Source of the DNA: Candidatus Woesearchaeota archaeon
GTDB lineage: Archaea; Nanobdellota; Nanobdellia; Woesearchaeales; GW2011-AR4
Length of the DNA stretch: 64,000 nt
Assembly: GCA_016177615.1 (NCBI GenBank)
Contig: JACOUX010000006.1
Coordinates: 30,131 to 94,130 of the forward strand
Direction of reading: 5' to 3'
Shown here: piece by piece, positions 8,548 through 18,556 of the stretch
How positions within the stretch are numbered: position 1 is the first letter of the stretch
Layout: each line of letters opens with the position of its first letter
Made by a program: the position numbers and the translations under genes
Notes under the pieces: generated by a model
What the model was told of the DNA's origin: nothing
The model's database searches: none
The model's input: only the letters and a program-made list of their open reading frames with translations

Positions 8548-11075
8548 TCCAGCCTTAGCTTCGAGGTTAAGTCCTGCCATATTGAATCAGGGTCTATGCT
8601 TGTAAACTCGCTGCCCTGCACCAAAACGTAATAATCATTGCCTGATTTCCTGCACGAAATTCCTGATGAAGATCCTTTTGATTGTGAGTACTGGCTCATG
8701 AAGCTGCATATATCAAATCCTATTCCTTTGTATTCAAGCGATGCACTTTTTGTGTTTGGGCTTTTTCCCTCTATGAATGCGCTGATGGTTTGCGTCCCTT
8801 GCTTTGCCAGATAAAGCCTGTCAAATTTCTTGATGCCCTTGAGAAAGTTGGACGAATAAGAATTGTCTATTGGGGGTGTTATCAATCTCCTTATGGAATC
8901 TATTATTCCTCTTATTATGCTGTTTAATGCCTCTGCCAGCGTACCCTGTGGAGGAACCTGAATTGCACTCGAGCTGTAAATGAGGCTTTTTAGCCTTTTG
9001 TTGTACCATACTTTCCTTGAAGAATCACATGCATGATATTGGCCATCGTCAATCAATCCGCTGCTGCAGCCTGTGACTCCAAATATGTTGAGGCTTCCTC
9101 CAGCAGCGCTTTCCAAATTCCTGTTTATGGAAGTTGCTGCAATTATCCTTGCTCCTGACTTAATTATGCAGAAATTGTTTGTCTGCAGGCTTGAAAATGT
9201 GTCCGCTACCGCGCCGCCAGATTCAGCCACAATCTCAAGGGTGTTAAGGACGTTTTCCCTTGTATCGCAGAACAATATAAAGTCATTGCCTTTCATCTCA
9301 AGCATCTTTAACGCCAAAAGCTTTGTCCTTGACGACCAGTTTCCTTTATCGCAGTAATTGTCAATTGTATAGTTTCCAGAGGGAATACATTTGTCTGTGG
9401 CCTGCGCATCCGGATTGACAAGACATTCTGTATCCGAAGGGCAAAACCCTGTCTTTTCGCCATCAGGAGTGTATTTGATTCCCAATTCTATCCATTGGCC
9501 GTCAATGCACCTTAAATTTGTATCTCCAAACGGCTTTGCATTTGGGCTGTTTCTTTGGCTGTCAATGCATACTGAGCCGTTCCAGCATTGAGTTGCAGAG
9601 CAGCATTCTGAGTAAATGGGAACATTTGAAGATGGTGCAGAGCTGAAGTATGTCTTGTCCGTTCCAAATGTCTGGTTCCACCATCCCCTTGGAGAGCAGT
9701 AGTATCTTTTGTCTGGATCATTAAAGCATGCATCGTGGTCCCTAACTAAAACAGAGCCAGTATGTGAATCTGTTTTTCCCAGTATTTTTATTTTGTCTTC
9801 CTGCGGCTTTATAGTAATCTTGCACCCATGGAATGCGCCTCCAAAATTTATTACAGAGAAGTTTGTTCCATTCACGAAATCAATGCTCCTTACAAATGAG
9901 CTGTTCCAGCAGCCTCCGATTGTTCCTGGATCATTGTAAGATTCTGTTTTTTCTGTGCATCCTTCTGCATCTTCAATCATGCAGCCATTGAATTCAGCAG
10001 GGCATCCAGAAGGCGTTATTTGGGCATATTGCAGCGTGCATATCTTGTCATCTGCCTCGCTGCAGCATTTTGTTCCAGTCCATTTTAATCCTGCCTTTTC
10101 ACATGCTGATTGGCCATCAGATGTGTCCAAGTCAGTTGCAAATTTTTTGTTTGACTTGCAGTAATAAGTGTTTGAATTTTCATCGCCTGGGCCTGAAACT
10201 ACATTACCTGTAATTAAATAGTTTCCGGGCACATCCTCATTCTCAAAATTACTTGGTTTTGTCAACTGTCCTGTTGTCAGCCTTTTTCCAGCCTCATTCG
10301 AGGACTTGCAGTCATTTGCTGAATCGCCGCAGCATTCTACTATAGAGCCTTTTCCCCTTCCTATGCATAAGTATTCCCTACCAGATACTAGTTTGTTCCA
10401 GAAATTGCCATCGCAGAGCTGCCAATCCCTTCCGTCGAACAGGTACTCAGCTGCCTTGCATTGGACATATTTTATCTCTCCTATTTTTCCTTCAGATATT
10501 TTAGGCGGCTGGCAGATTGGAACGCACTCAACATTATCTCCTGTTGCCTTGCACTCGTAGTCTTCATCGCATTTTACTTTTGTAATTTCATAATTGCTCC
10601 TGATGACCCCCCATAGATTATAATCATCTAATGATTTGCAATCGTTTTTGGCATAGACCGTGATGTCTATTGGTGATCCCCTAGAAAATGGAATTACTGT
10701 ATTCGGACTATCTGACTTGCCGCAGTTTTTGCCAGTATGATCTGGTCCACAATTACAGGCGCAATAATCCCAATTCCATATATTTTGAGTCAGTGTGCTG
10801 ATTCTGCCTTCATCGTCCACATTAACACTCCTGAGCTTGACTGAAACAGTGCATTCATCTGTCTGTATCTGGTCTGTTTTTGTGCAGGTCTGGCCGCAGC
10901 CGCCTCCACTGAATCTTATTTCGCAGTCTATTTGCTTGCTTGAGTCAGTTTCCAATACTCCGTGCTCTATGCTTTGCGCATAAACACCGAATGAAAAGAA
11001 TACTACAAGAGCTAAAAATGACAATAACAGACAAAATCTCCCGTGATTAATATTTCCTCTTTTTTTTCTTCTCAT
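8544..11075 (-). CDS. Secreted Cys-rich protein, 843 aa
   Basis: Basic N-region, hydrophobic helix and VYA|Q cleavage site; many CC/CW motifs. Confidence 0.75.
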   Translation of the reverse strand: MRRKKRGNINHGRFCLLLSFLALVVFFSFGVYAQSIEHGVLETDSSKQIDCEIRFSGGGCGQTCTKTDQIQTDECTVSVKLRSVNVDDEGRISTLTQNIWNWDYCACNCGPDHTGKNCGKSDSPNTVIPFSRGSPIDITVYAKNDCKSLDDYNLWGVIRSNYEITKVKCDEDYECKATGDNVECVPICQPPKISEGKIGEIKYVQCKAAEYLFDGRDWQLCDGNFWNKLVSGREYLCIGRGKGSIVECCGDSANDCKSSNEAGKRLTTGQLTKPSNFENEDVPGNYLITGNVVSGPGDENSNTYYCKSNKKFATDLDTSDGQSACEKAGLKWTGTKCCSEADDKICTLQYAQITPSGCPAEFNGCMIEDAEGCTEKTESYNDPGTIGGCWNSSFVRSIDFVNGTNFSVINFGGAFHGCKITIKPQEDKIKILGKTDSHTGSVLVRDHDACFNDPDKRYYCSPRGWWNQTFGTDKTYFSSAPSSNVPIYSECCSATQCWNGSVCIDSQRNSPNAKPFGDTNLRCIDGQWIELGIKYTPDGEKTGFCPSDTECLVNPDAQATDKCIPSGNYTIDNYCDKGNWSSRTKLLALKMLEMKGNDFILFCDTRENVLNTLEIVAESGGAVADTFSSLQTNNFCIIKSGARIIAATSINRNLESAAGGSLNIFGVTGCSSGLIDDGQYHACDSSRKVWYNKRLKSLIYSSSAIQVPPQGTLAEALNSIIRGIIDSIRRLITPPIDNSYSSNFLKGIKKFDRLYLAKQGTQTISAFIEGKSPNTKSASLEYKGIGFDICSFMSQYSQSKGSSSGISCRKSGNDYYVLVQGSEFTSIDPDSIWQDLTSKLRLE

Positions 11076-11212
11076 TTTTTTGCCTTGTCTCTCTCAAGCT
11101 TTTCCTTTAACGCTTCGTTTATGTACTCGATTAAGGTCTTGTTCTGGAGAACGCAGTTTAGCTTTGCCTTCTTGTGGGCATCTGAATCTACTTCTATGTT
11201 TATCCTAACCAT
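11072..11212 (-). CDS. 46-aa ribbon-helix-helix (CopG/ParG-like) DNA-binding protein
   Basis: My translation: MVRINIEVDSDAHKKAKLNCVLQNKTLIEYINEALKEKLERDKAKK, an alternating beta strand plus two helices. Its stop overlaps the next gene's ATG. It is below the ORF-track cutoff. Confidence 0.7.
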   Translation of the reverse strand: MVRINIEVDSDAHKKAKLNCVLQNKTLIEYINEALKEKLERDKAKK

Positions 11213-11345
11213 GCTCTGAATAACTTAAATTACTTATTTAGCTTATTTTAGTTAGCAAACTTAATGTATTTAATATACTAAAAGATATATTATCATTTAT
11301 TTAAGTTAGTAGTATTTATAGTTTGTTATTTTTGCTGTCTGCGGC

Positions 11346-11933
11346 TTATAGCCTGAAATTCCTGGATTCTATTATTTTTCTCTTGTCCATGCCGAGTGTT
11401 GAGAACAAGCTGGATAAGTCATGGCCTGGCCTTAAGTCATAGGGGTTGCTTGAAAAACACCCAATCAAAGTCTTTACCTTGTATTTTTGGCACAGCCTGA
11501 TGTTTTGGATCATCCTTCCAATAAGCACAGTAGATTGCCTGTCCTTGCCGAACAAAGAGCTGTAGGAAAATCCTATAATAACATTATTTCTCCTTGCAAG
11601 CTCGCAGACAATGTGATTAAGGCCTGATGCTTTTTGGCTGAGGTAGTCTTTTTTTTGGCTTTCTTCAAATCCATAAACCATTTTCACTTTGCCTGTTTCA
11701 ATAAAAAAGCGCGCCATTCCATCGTCTTTTGCCACCAATGGCAGCTGCCGGCTGCTCGCTAGATTCATGCTTTTCCTGTTGATCAGGATGCACCTCTCTA
11801 TGAGGACATTGCTACCTTTACTTGCTTTGAGCCTTTCAGGATTGTAAAGAAAGCACAGCTTTTTGATGCCAAGCCTTTGTGCCATCTGCATGAATTCTTC
11901 TTCGTTATTGTCAGGCATAACAATGTCGGCCAT
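11346..11933 (-). CDS. RNase P protein subunit p30 (Rpp30)-like
   Basis: PHP/TIM-like pattern: GLNHIVCELARRNNVIIGFSY...IQNIRLCQKYKVKTLIGCFSSNPYDLR. Confidence 0.7.
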   Translation of the reverse strand: MADIVMPDNNEEEFMQMAQRLGIKKLCFLYNPERLKASKGSNVLIERCILINRKSMNLASSRQLPLVAKDDGMARFFIETGKVKMVYGFEESQKKDYLSQKASGLNHIVCELARRNNVIIGFSYSSLFGKDRQSTVLIGRMIQNIRLCQKYKVKTLIGCFSSNPYDLRPGHDLSSLFSTLGMDKRKIIESRNFRL

Positions 11934-12129
11934 TTTATTAAGATTTTTTATTTGAGATTAATAAACTTTGTTTAAGCTTAAAAATAAAAGTATTTATAAA
12001 GAAAGTGGGTTTATAAATAAATATAAATAAAATATGCCAAATAAGCATAAAAAAGACCTTATTTTTTATTTGGGGGTGTTTTAAGGCTTTTTCAGCTCAA
12101 ATATATTATTTTAATTGGAGGAATCTAAA

Positions 12130-12684
12130 ATGGTCAAGAAAGAAACTAAAAGAGATATAAAAGTAGTTAATATTGTTGTTTCTACATCTTTAAAGCACGA
12201 TATACCGCTTGAAAAGATGGCGGCAACCTTAAGCAATACAGAATATAATCCAGAACAGTTTCCTGGCCTTGTAATAAGAATTAAAGAGCCAAAAACGTCT
12301 GCATTGATATTCAGCTCAGGCAAGGTTGTATGTACTGGAGCAAGGTCGATGGACAAGGTTGAAGAGAGCATCAAGAAGATAATCAAGAGTCTTGAGAAGA
12401 TAAATGTCAAGATTACAGTTAAGCCAGAAATAAAAATACAGAATATTGTGGCTTCTGGAAGCGTCGGCATGGACCTGAACCTGAACACATTAGCCATGAA
12501 ACTGGAAAATACTGAATACGAACCTGAGCAGTTTCCTGGCCTTGTTTACAAGCTGACTGCCGCAAAAGCAACATTTTTGCTGTTCAGCAATGGAAAAATT
12601 GTGTGCACAGGCACGAAGAGCGAAAAGGAAGTGCATGCCGCGCTTGACAAGCTGGTAGAAAACCTGAAGAAGGCCAAGGCGTAA
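12130..12684 (+). CDS. tbp: TATA-box binding protein
   Basis: Two repeats of NIV(V/A)S...EY(N/E)PEQFPGLV...L(I/L)FS(S/N)GK(V/I)VCTG. Confidence 0.97.
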   Translation: MVKKETKRDIKVVNIVVSTSLKHDIPLEKMAATLSNTEYNPEQFPGLVIRIKEPKTSALIFSSGKVVCTGARSMDKVEESIKKIIKSLEKINVKITVKPEIKIQNIVASGSVGMDLNLNTLAMKLENTEYEPEQFPGLVYKLTAAKATFLLFSNGKIVCTGTKSEKEVHAALDKLVENLKKAKA

Positions 12685-12716
12685 TTTAAATTTTTATCTA
12701 AAATCTGATTATCAGC

Positions 12717-12746
12717 CACTGGACATCCTTGCCTAAAATATTTAAA
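12717..12746 (+). promoter_or_regulatory. CACTGGACAT motif + BRE/TATA, mcm promoter
   Basis: CACTGGACAT-N14-TTTAAA, with ATG at 12770. Confidence 0.75.
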
Positions 12747-12769
12747 CTTGGAGATGGAAGAGTGCTTGT

Positions 12770-15700
12770 ATGGAAATCAACGTTTTGGAGCAGATAAAGA
12801 GGTTTCAGGATTTTATAGACGGCAACTACTATAAGTCATTGCTGGAGAATGCAAGAAAAGGGGATAGGTTTCTTATTATAGATTTTATAGAGCTTTCAAA
12901 GTACGATCCTGACCTTGCTACTCAGCTTCTTGATGCTCCTGAAGAAACTATAAAGGCAGTGGAAAAGGCGATCGAGCAGTTTGATATTGAGGGAATTTCC
13001 AGATTCAGGATAAGGTTCCATAACCTGCCACAGGGCCAGCACACAAAGATCAGGGATATAAGAAGCAAGCATATATCGCGGCTTGTATATGTCGAAGGGC
13101 TGATAAGGCAAAAATCTGATGTAAGGCCTCAGGTTACCTCGGCAAAATTTGAATGCCCTGCCTGCGGAAATATCATAAATGTCCTCCAGCTTGAAGGAAC
13201 TTTCAAAGAGCCGGCCAGGTGCGGATGCGGGAGAAAGGGAAAGTTTGTGGAGATTGGGAAAGAGCTTGTTGATGCGCAGGGCATTGTGATGGAAGAGGTG
13301 TCTGAAAATCTTGAAGGCGGAGAGCAGCCAAAGCGCATAAGCGTACTGCTGACAGACGATCTTGTAAGCCCGATCAGCGAAAAAAGAACAGCTCCGGGAA
13401 GCAAGGTTGGGATTATTGGAATTGTAAAGGAAGTCCCAATAATCTCCAGAACAGGTGCCAAGTCTACAAAATTTGATTTGATGATCGAGGCAAACTACGT
13501 CAAGCCTACCCAGGACACGTTTTATGAGGTCATGGTAAGCGATGAAGAGGAAAAGCAAATTCTGGAAATAGCTAACGACCCCAGGGGGTACGAAAAGCTG
13601 ATCAATTCCATTGCCCCCTCTATTTATGGCTACGAGAAGATAAAAGAAGCCCTGCTATTGCAGCTTATGGGAGGCGTAAGGAAAGTCAGGGCCGATAATG
13701 TGATCAGCAGAGGGGACTGCCACATTTTGCTAGTCGGTGATCCTGGAAGCGGAAAAAGCGCATTGCTCAAAAGAATAACCACTTTTGCCCCAAAAGGGAG
13801 ATATGTATCGGGCAAAGGGATTTCAGGGGCCGGAATAACTGCCGCTGTTGTTCGCGACGAATTTCTCAAGGGATGGGCTCTTGAAGCCGGAGCAATGGTT
13901 CTCAGCAGCGACGGGGTTGTTTGTGTTGACGAGCTTGACAAGATGAGCAATGAAGACAGGGCAGCGATGCATGAGAGCCTGGAAAACCAAAGCTATCACT
14001 ATAATACAGAGATAATGCTGTCTGATGGAAGCACCTTTAAGATTGGCAAATTTGTGGAAGAACTAATTGATAATAATAGGGACGAAGTTATTTTTGGAAA
14101 AAATTGTGAAATATTGCCTGTAAATAACGTAGAGCTTCTAACAACAGATTTTGAGAAAATTTTCCCTACAAAAGCAACAATGGTTAGTAAGCATAAAGCG
14201 CCAGATTACTTTGTCAAAATAACATATTCTAATGGAAGATCCATTATGGTAACTCCAGAACATCCCGTATATGTTTTCTACAATGGCAAGATAAGTGAAA
14301 CTCCAGCAGAGCAAGTAAAACAGGGTTTATTGGCTCCTGCACCAAGAAAATTGCCTACTAAAAGTAAAAATGTGGAATTTATTCCTAGTGGGCTTAATCA
14401 TTTCAACAATAAGGAAATTGAGTTTCCCTCAAGCCTTAACAACGGTCTTGCTAGGCTTCTTGGTTATATAACAACCGAGGGTTATGCTTATTTCAGCACA
14501 CAAAACAGATATGCCGAGGTTGGTATCTCCAACACGAATCCTTTTATAATTGATGAGATGTCGCTTTTATTTAAAGAAACTTTTAAAACTACAGTAAATA
14601 TCAATGTTCAATTTGCTAATAGTAGATCAAAGGCAAAAAAAGACATTGCAACAGTAAGAATTTGCTCTAAGCCATTTTATAATTATATATTCTCAAATTT
14701 TCGGGGAAGTGCAAATGGTGCTAAAAACAAGTACATCAATAATAGTCTGAGATGTGCTGATAAAGAGTTTCAATTGGAGTTTCTGAGAACCGCTTTTAAA
14801 GGTGATGGTTTTGTTGATAGCAGAAGATTTGGTTATTCTACTTCGTCTCTTGAATTGGCAAAGGGCTATCAGGATTTATTGCTTCAGAACAATATCGGCA
14901 GTCGAATAGACACAGAAAAAAGAAATTCTACAGAATATTATAAGGTAGCAATTACTGGTACAGAAGGTGCTGGCTTGTTTCTCAATAACATAGCCGAGGA
15001 AGATGATCATAGAATAAAGAGATTAAGCGAATTTTATAATGCAAGCAAAAACAAGAAAAATGAAAGAGATATTCTGCCAAGGGAAATATTGATTGAAGTT
15101 AATTTGCTTCTAAAAAGCTTTAATTTGAGTGATGGATATTTTATTAATAACATAAATAGGGGATTTAACGCGCATAAAGATGTAGTTTTAGGTTATATAA
15201 GAAAAATTGAAGATAAGCTAAAAGAATGTGATAAAGCTGTCCAACTCAACAATCCTAAAAAACTTAGGAGGTTACTGAATATTGAAGTAAATTTCCTCGC
15301 CAGAAATGTCAATGTTTCTGCTGGGACAATATACAATATAGAGAAGAAAAATAATTCTGCCAGGTATCATGAGTTAGTCAGAACCATAAAAAAACTTGGC
15401 AACGAGAAGATACAATTTACCAAATCTAAGGTAAATTATATTTTGAAACTTATTAATTCTGAAATTAGATTTCTTTACGTCAAAAAGGTAGAGAAAATAA
15501 AAAATGATGGGATGGAATGGGTTTATGATGTTACCGTTGAGCCTACAAGGACTTTTATAAGCGAAGGGTTGGTTTTACATAATACAATCAGCATTTCAAA
15601 GGCAAACATACAGGCGACATTAATTGCAAGGACTACTGTTCTCGCTGCTGCAAACCCGAAATTCGGAAGGTTTGATCCTTATGCTATAATAGCCGACCAG

Positions 15701-16384
15701 ATTGATCTTCCTCCTACCTTAATCAACAGGTTCGACCTCATCTTTCCCATAAAGGACTTGCCTGAAGAGACAAGAGATGAGAAAATGGCAAAGCATATCC
15801 TTACCCTTCACCAAAGCCCTGAGGTAAATGAGCCTGAGGTATCAACAGAGCTCTTAAGAAAATATGTTGCTTATGCGAGGCAGAAAGTGTCCCCAAAGCT
15901 TACTGATGGCGCTCTTGAAGAGATAAAAGATTTCTATTTAAAGATGCGAAAAGGAGGAGGCGAAGGGGGTATAAGGTCTGTTCCTATATCTGCAAGGCAG
16001 CTGGAAGCACTAGTCAGGCTGAGCGAAGCTTCTGCAAAAGCAAGGCTGGACGACAGGGTTACCAGAAAGGATGCAAAAAAAGCCATAGAGCTTCTTGATT
16101 ACTGCCTTATGCAGGTCGGATTTGACAAAGAGACTGGAAAGGTGGATATTGACAGGATAGCCACTGGTGTTGGAGCGTCGCAAAGAAGCCACATAATGGT
16201 TTTAAGGGATATAATAATCGAGCTTGAGTCCAAGCTTGGAAAATCTGTTCCAATGGAAGATGTCATGGCAGAAGCAAAGAGCCGCGGCTTGGATGAGGAT
16301 AAGGTTGAAGAAGCCCTTGAGAGGCTGAAGCGCTCGGGAGATGTTTATGAGCCTAAGAGAGGCCATGTAAGCAAATTGCCTTAA
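12770..16384 (+). CDS. mcm: MCM replicative helicase with one intein
   Basis: Zn finger CPACG, Walker A GDPGSGKS, Walker B VCVDELDKM, AANPKFGR, C-terminal wHTH. Confidence 0.97.
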   Translation: MEINVLEQIKRFQDFIDGNYYKSLLENARKGDRFLIIDFIELSKYDPDLATQLLDAPEETIKAVEKAIEQFDIEGISRFRIRFHNLPQGQHTKIRDIRSKHISRLVYVEGLIRQKSDVRPQVTSAKFECPACGNIINVLQLEGTFKEPARCGCGRKGKFVEIGKELVDAQGIVMEEVSENLEGGEQPKRISVLLTDDLVSPISEKRTAPGSKVGIIGIVKEVPIISRTGAKSTKFDLMIEANYVKPTQDTFYEVMVSDEEEKQILEIANDPRGYEKLINSIAPSIYGYEKIKEALLLQLMGGVRKVRADNVISRGDCHILLVGDPGSGKSALLKRITTFAPKGRYVSGKGISGAGITAAVVRDEFLKGWALEAGAMVLSSDGVVCVDELDKMSNEDRAAMHESLENQSYHYNTEIMLSDGSTFKIGKFVEELIDNNRDEVIFGKNCEILPVNNVELLTTDFEKIFPTKATMVSKHKAPDYFVKITYSNGRSIMVTPEHPVYVFYNGKISETPAEQVKQGLLAPAPRKLPTKSKNVEFIPSGLNHFNNKEIEFPSSLNNGLARLLGYITTEGYAYFSTQNRYAEVGISNTNPFIIDEMSLLFKETFKTTVNINVQFANSRSKAKKDIATVRICSKPFYNYIFSNFRGSANGAKNKYINNSLRCADKEFQLEFLRTAFKGDGFVDSRRFGYSTSSLELAKGYQDLLLQNNIGSRIDTEKRNSTEYYKVAITGTEGAGLFLNNIAEEDDHRIKRLSEFYNASKNKKNERDILPREILIEVNLLLKSFNLSDGYFINNINRGFNAHKDVVLGYIRKIEDKLKECDKAVQLNNPKKLRRLLNIEVNFLARNVNVSAGTIYNIEKKNNSARYHELVRTIKKLGNEKIQFTKSKVNYILKLINSEIRFLYVKKVEKIKNDGMEWVYDVTVEPTRTFISEGLVLHNTISISKANIQATLIARTTVLAAANPKFGRFDPYAIIADQIDLPPTLINRFDLIFPIKDLPEETRDEKMAKHILTLHQSPEVNEPEVSTELLRKYVAYARQKVSPKLTDGALEEIKDFYLKMRKGGGEGGIRSVPISARQLEALVRLSEASAKARLDDRVTRKDAKKAIELLDYCLMQVGFDKETGKVDIDRIATGVGASQRSHIMVLRDIIIELESKLGKSVPMEDVMAEAKSRGLDEDKVEEALERLKRSGDVYEPKRGHVSKLP
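13991..15583 (+). mobile_element. 531-aa intein with LAGLIDADG homing endonuclease and HTH insertion
   Basis: ESLENQ|SYHYNTEIMLSDG ... block B VTPEHPVYV ... LLGYITTEG / FKGDGFV ... VYDVTVEPTRTFISEGLVLHN|TISISKA. The segment is more AT-rich than the exteins. Confidence 0.93.
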
Positions 16385-16398
16385 TAAGTTTCTGGAAA

Positions 16399-17028
16399 AT
16401 GGAAGGATCTCAAGAAAAGTCATTTCAAAAAAGGGATGTTGCATACAAAACCAGTGTTTTTGATGTTCTGAACAGGGAGCTGGTAATGGACGGAATGTTC
16501 AGCCATATAATTTTTGGCAATATCAAAGTTTCGAGAGCCAATATAATTGCAACTCTTGTCAACAAGCAGGAGCTGCCAAATTGCACAGCCGGAATAATAG
16601 ATGACGGCACTGGAAGGGTTTTATTGAAAAGCTTTGAAAAAATAGGAATGTTTGCGAATATTGACATCGGCGACCCTCTGGTCGTGATAGGAAGAATCAG
16701 GGAATTTGGTGGAGAAAGGTATATAATGCCCGAGATTGTAAAAAAGCTTCAAAGCAGCGAATGGATATCCATCAGGAAGGCAGAATTGGAGAGGTCAGGC
16801 GTTGCCAGCAAGCCTAAAGCCAGTGTTGCTGGTGCTGAAAATCCGGATGCTGGTGCTGGAGAAGGGATTCTATCTCTCATAAGGGAGCTGGACGATGGGA
16901 ATGGCGCATTTATAGACAAAGTTATCAAAATGAGCAATAACACAAACGCAGATGCTGTATTGAATACTTTGCTGGAGAATGGGGATATTTTCGAAGTCAA
17001 CCCAGGCAAAGTCAAGGTATTAGAATAA
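16399..17028 (+). CDS. RPA32-like OB-fold + C-terminal wHTH single-stranded DNA-binding subunit
   Basis: IIDDGTG, VVIGRIREFGGERYIMPEIV, and C-terminal LLENGDIFEVNPG. Confidence 0.75.
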   Translation: MEGSQEKSFQKRDVAYKTSVFDVLNRELVMDGMFSHIIFGNIKVSRANIIATLVNKQELPNCTAGIIDDGTGRVLLKSFEKIGMFANIDIGDPLVVIGRIREFGGERYIMPEIVKKLQSSEWISIRKAELERSGVASKPKASVAGAENPDAGAGEGILSLIRELDDGNGAFIDKVIKMSNNTNADAVLNTLLENGDIFEVNPGKVKVLE

Positions 17029-17871
17029 GACAGGAGTAACGTAAACTTCAAGAAATGCTGCCGCCACAAGGAACCCAACTGCTATGAGCACCAGCTCCGA
17101 AAAATCCAATATTATTTTTTGAAATTTAATGGTATTGAAGTGCTTTCTAATCAGCGCGACTGAAAGTATGCCCCCTGCCAGGCCGCCGTAGAAATATGCT
17201 GCTATTTCCGGAATTCCGTGTATCGAATATTTCAGAAGCCCTAAGGAAAAAACATGAAAATAATTCCCTGCTTCCAGCAGGCCAAGCGAGCTCGTGTATG
17301 TGCTTACGTTTGCCCTGATGAAGTTCCCTATGGCTGCTCCTATGACAGTTGCATTCCACGCAAGTATGAACAGCGCCCCTGCGCCGTAAATCAGCGCGAA
17401 AAGTATAGAGAAAGACAATACCTTGAAGTTATTGAAGAATATTTTCCAGAAAACGCCAAGGTTGACTATCACGTTTCCGGAAACCTGGTTGTTTATGGCC
17501 TGTATTGTCCCGATTTGCTTGTCGAAAAGGCTGTTGACTTGGTCTGTCGGAAGAAAAACGTACCATAATGCGCATGCCACGGTTATGCCGACAAACATGT
17601 ACATAAAAAAGGATATTGCCTTGTTGTGCTCCTTCAAAATCATAGATTCTGAGTCAATAATCATGTCTTTGCTCTCTTCCAGCTTCATTGTATTGTAAAA
17701 TATTGGCAAAGCCGCCATTGTTATCATGAATACCATTACCATGCTTGCCTGGTCTATAAAAATCCAAAGTGATAGTGCTATACCGATTGAGGCATATAGG
17801 AACCCGAGAAAGAACATCTGCCATGGCTTTTTCTCTGCATTAAGCGGGAACAGCAAGGACTCGACTACCAT
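17020..17871 (-). CDS. SpoIIM/DUF95 family membrane protein
   Basis: IFFNNFKV, HGIPEI and AAFLEVYVTP motifs; multiple TM helices; start reassigned to MVVESLL. Confidence 0.75.
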   Translation of the reverse strand: MVVESLLFPLNAEKKPWQMFFLGFLYASIGIALSLWIFIDQASMVMVFMITMAALPIFYNTMKLEESKDMIIDSESMILKEHNKAISFFMYMFVGITVACALWYVFLPTDQVNSLFDKQIGTIQAINNQVSGNVIVNLGVFWKIFFNNFKVLSFSILFALIYGAGALFILAWNATVIGAAIGNFIRANVSTYTSSLGLLEAGNYFHVFSLGLLKYSIHGIPEIAAYFYGGLAGGILSVALIRKHFNTIKFQKIILDFSELVLIAVGFLVAAAFLEVYVTPVLF

Positions 17872-18070
17872 GGATTTTTTATTGGGCAGTCTGTTTATAT
17901 ATTTTTTGATATGTCGAAAATATACCATCACTCTATATAATGGACATAAGTCCAATGTGCCTGCGCAGGATGATATATTTTCGAGCATGCTCAAAAACCA
18001 CCACAAATATAATAAATCTTGGTGGTTTTTGACAATTAAATTTATAAACCTTGACAGGTTATTCCCGGCA

Positions 18071-18484
18071 ATGGAAGACTACAAGTCTATGCTTGAGAGC
18101 GTAAGAAAAAACCTGCCTGAGGCTGTTTTCCTCAAGGAAAGGTTTGAGATACCAAAGGCAATGGGCCACCTCCAGGGCAACAGGACAATAATATCAAATT
18201 TTCTCCAGATTGCATCCGCTTTAAGGAGGGAGGTCAGCCATTTGCTGAAATACGTGCTCAAGGAGCTTGCGACCCCTGGCGAGATAAAGAAAAGCGGTGC
18301 GTTAATTCTTGGAACAAAAGTTCCCGCTTCAAGGATAAACGAAAAGGTAAGGCAGTATGCAAACGAGTTTGTCCTCTGCTTCGAGTGCGGCAAGCCAGAC
18401 ACGCAGCTGATAAAAGAAGGTGAATTGACTTACATGAAATGCACAGCGTGCGGCGCGAAGAATTTCGTCAAGGCGAAGATTTGA
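18071..18484 (+). CDS. eif2b: Translation initiation factor aIF-2 beta
   Basis: ERFEIP...GNRTIISNF...CFECGKPDT...CTACGA. Confidence 0.93.
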   Translation: MEDYKSMLESVRKNLPEAVFLKERFEIPKAMGHLQGNRTIISNFLQIASALRREVSHLLKYVLKELATPGEIKKSGALILGTKVPASRINEKVRQYANEFVLCFECGKPDTQLIKEGELTYMKCTACGAKNFVKAKI

Positions 18485-18556
18485 TTCTTGATAGAAAATC
18501 TCTAAATTTAAGATTAGCCATTTTGGTTTTGGAATTTCTTAATCAACTATTATTCT

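Noticed and set aside
37-10983. Many plus-strand ORFs in the track
   Set aside because: They are antisense shadows of the long minus-strand Cys-rich genes.
17941-17954. TGGACATAAGTCCA palindrome as a fifth motif copy
   Set aside because: It lacks the CAC half and the fixed TATA spacing.
17726-18070. Long N-terminal extensions in the track for aIF-2beta (also DP1, DUF47, SpoIIM, TOPRIM)
   Set aside because: They overlap neighbouring genes or promoters; the internal ATGs follow TATA boxes or gene ends and fit family lengths.
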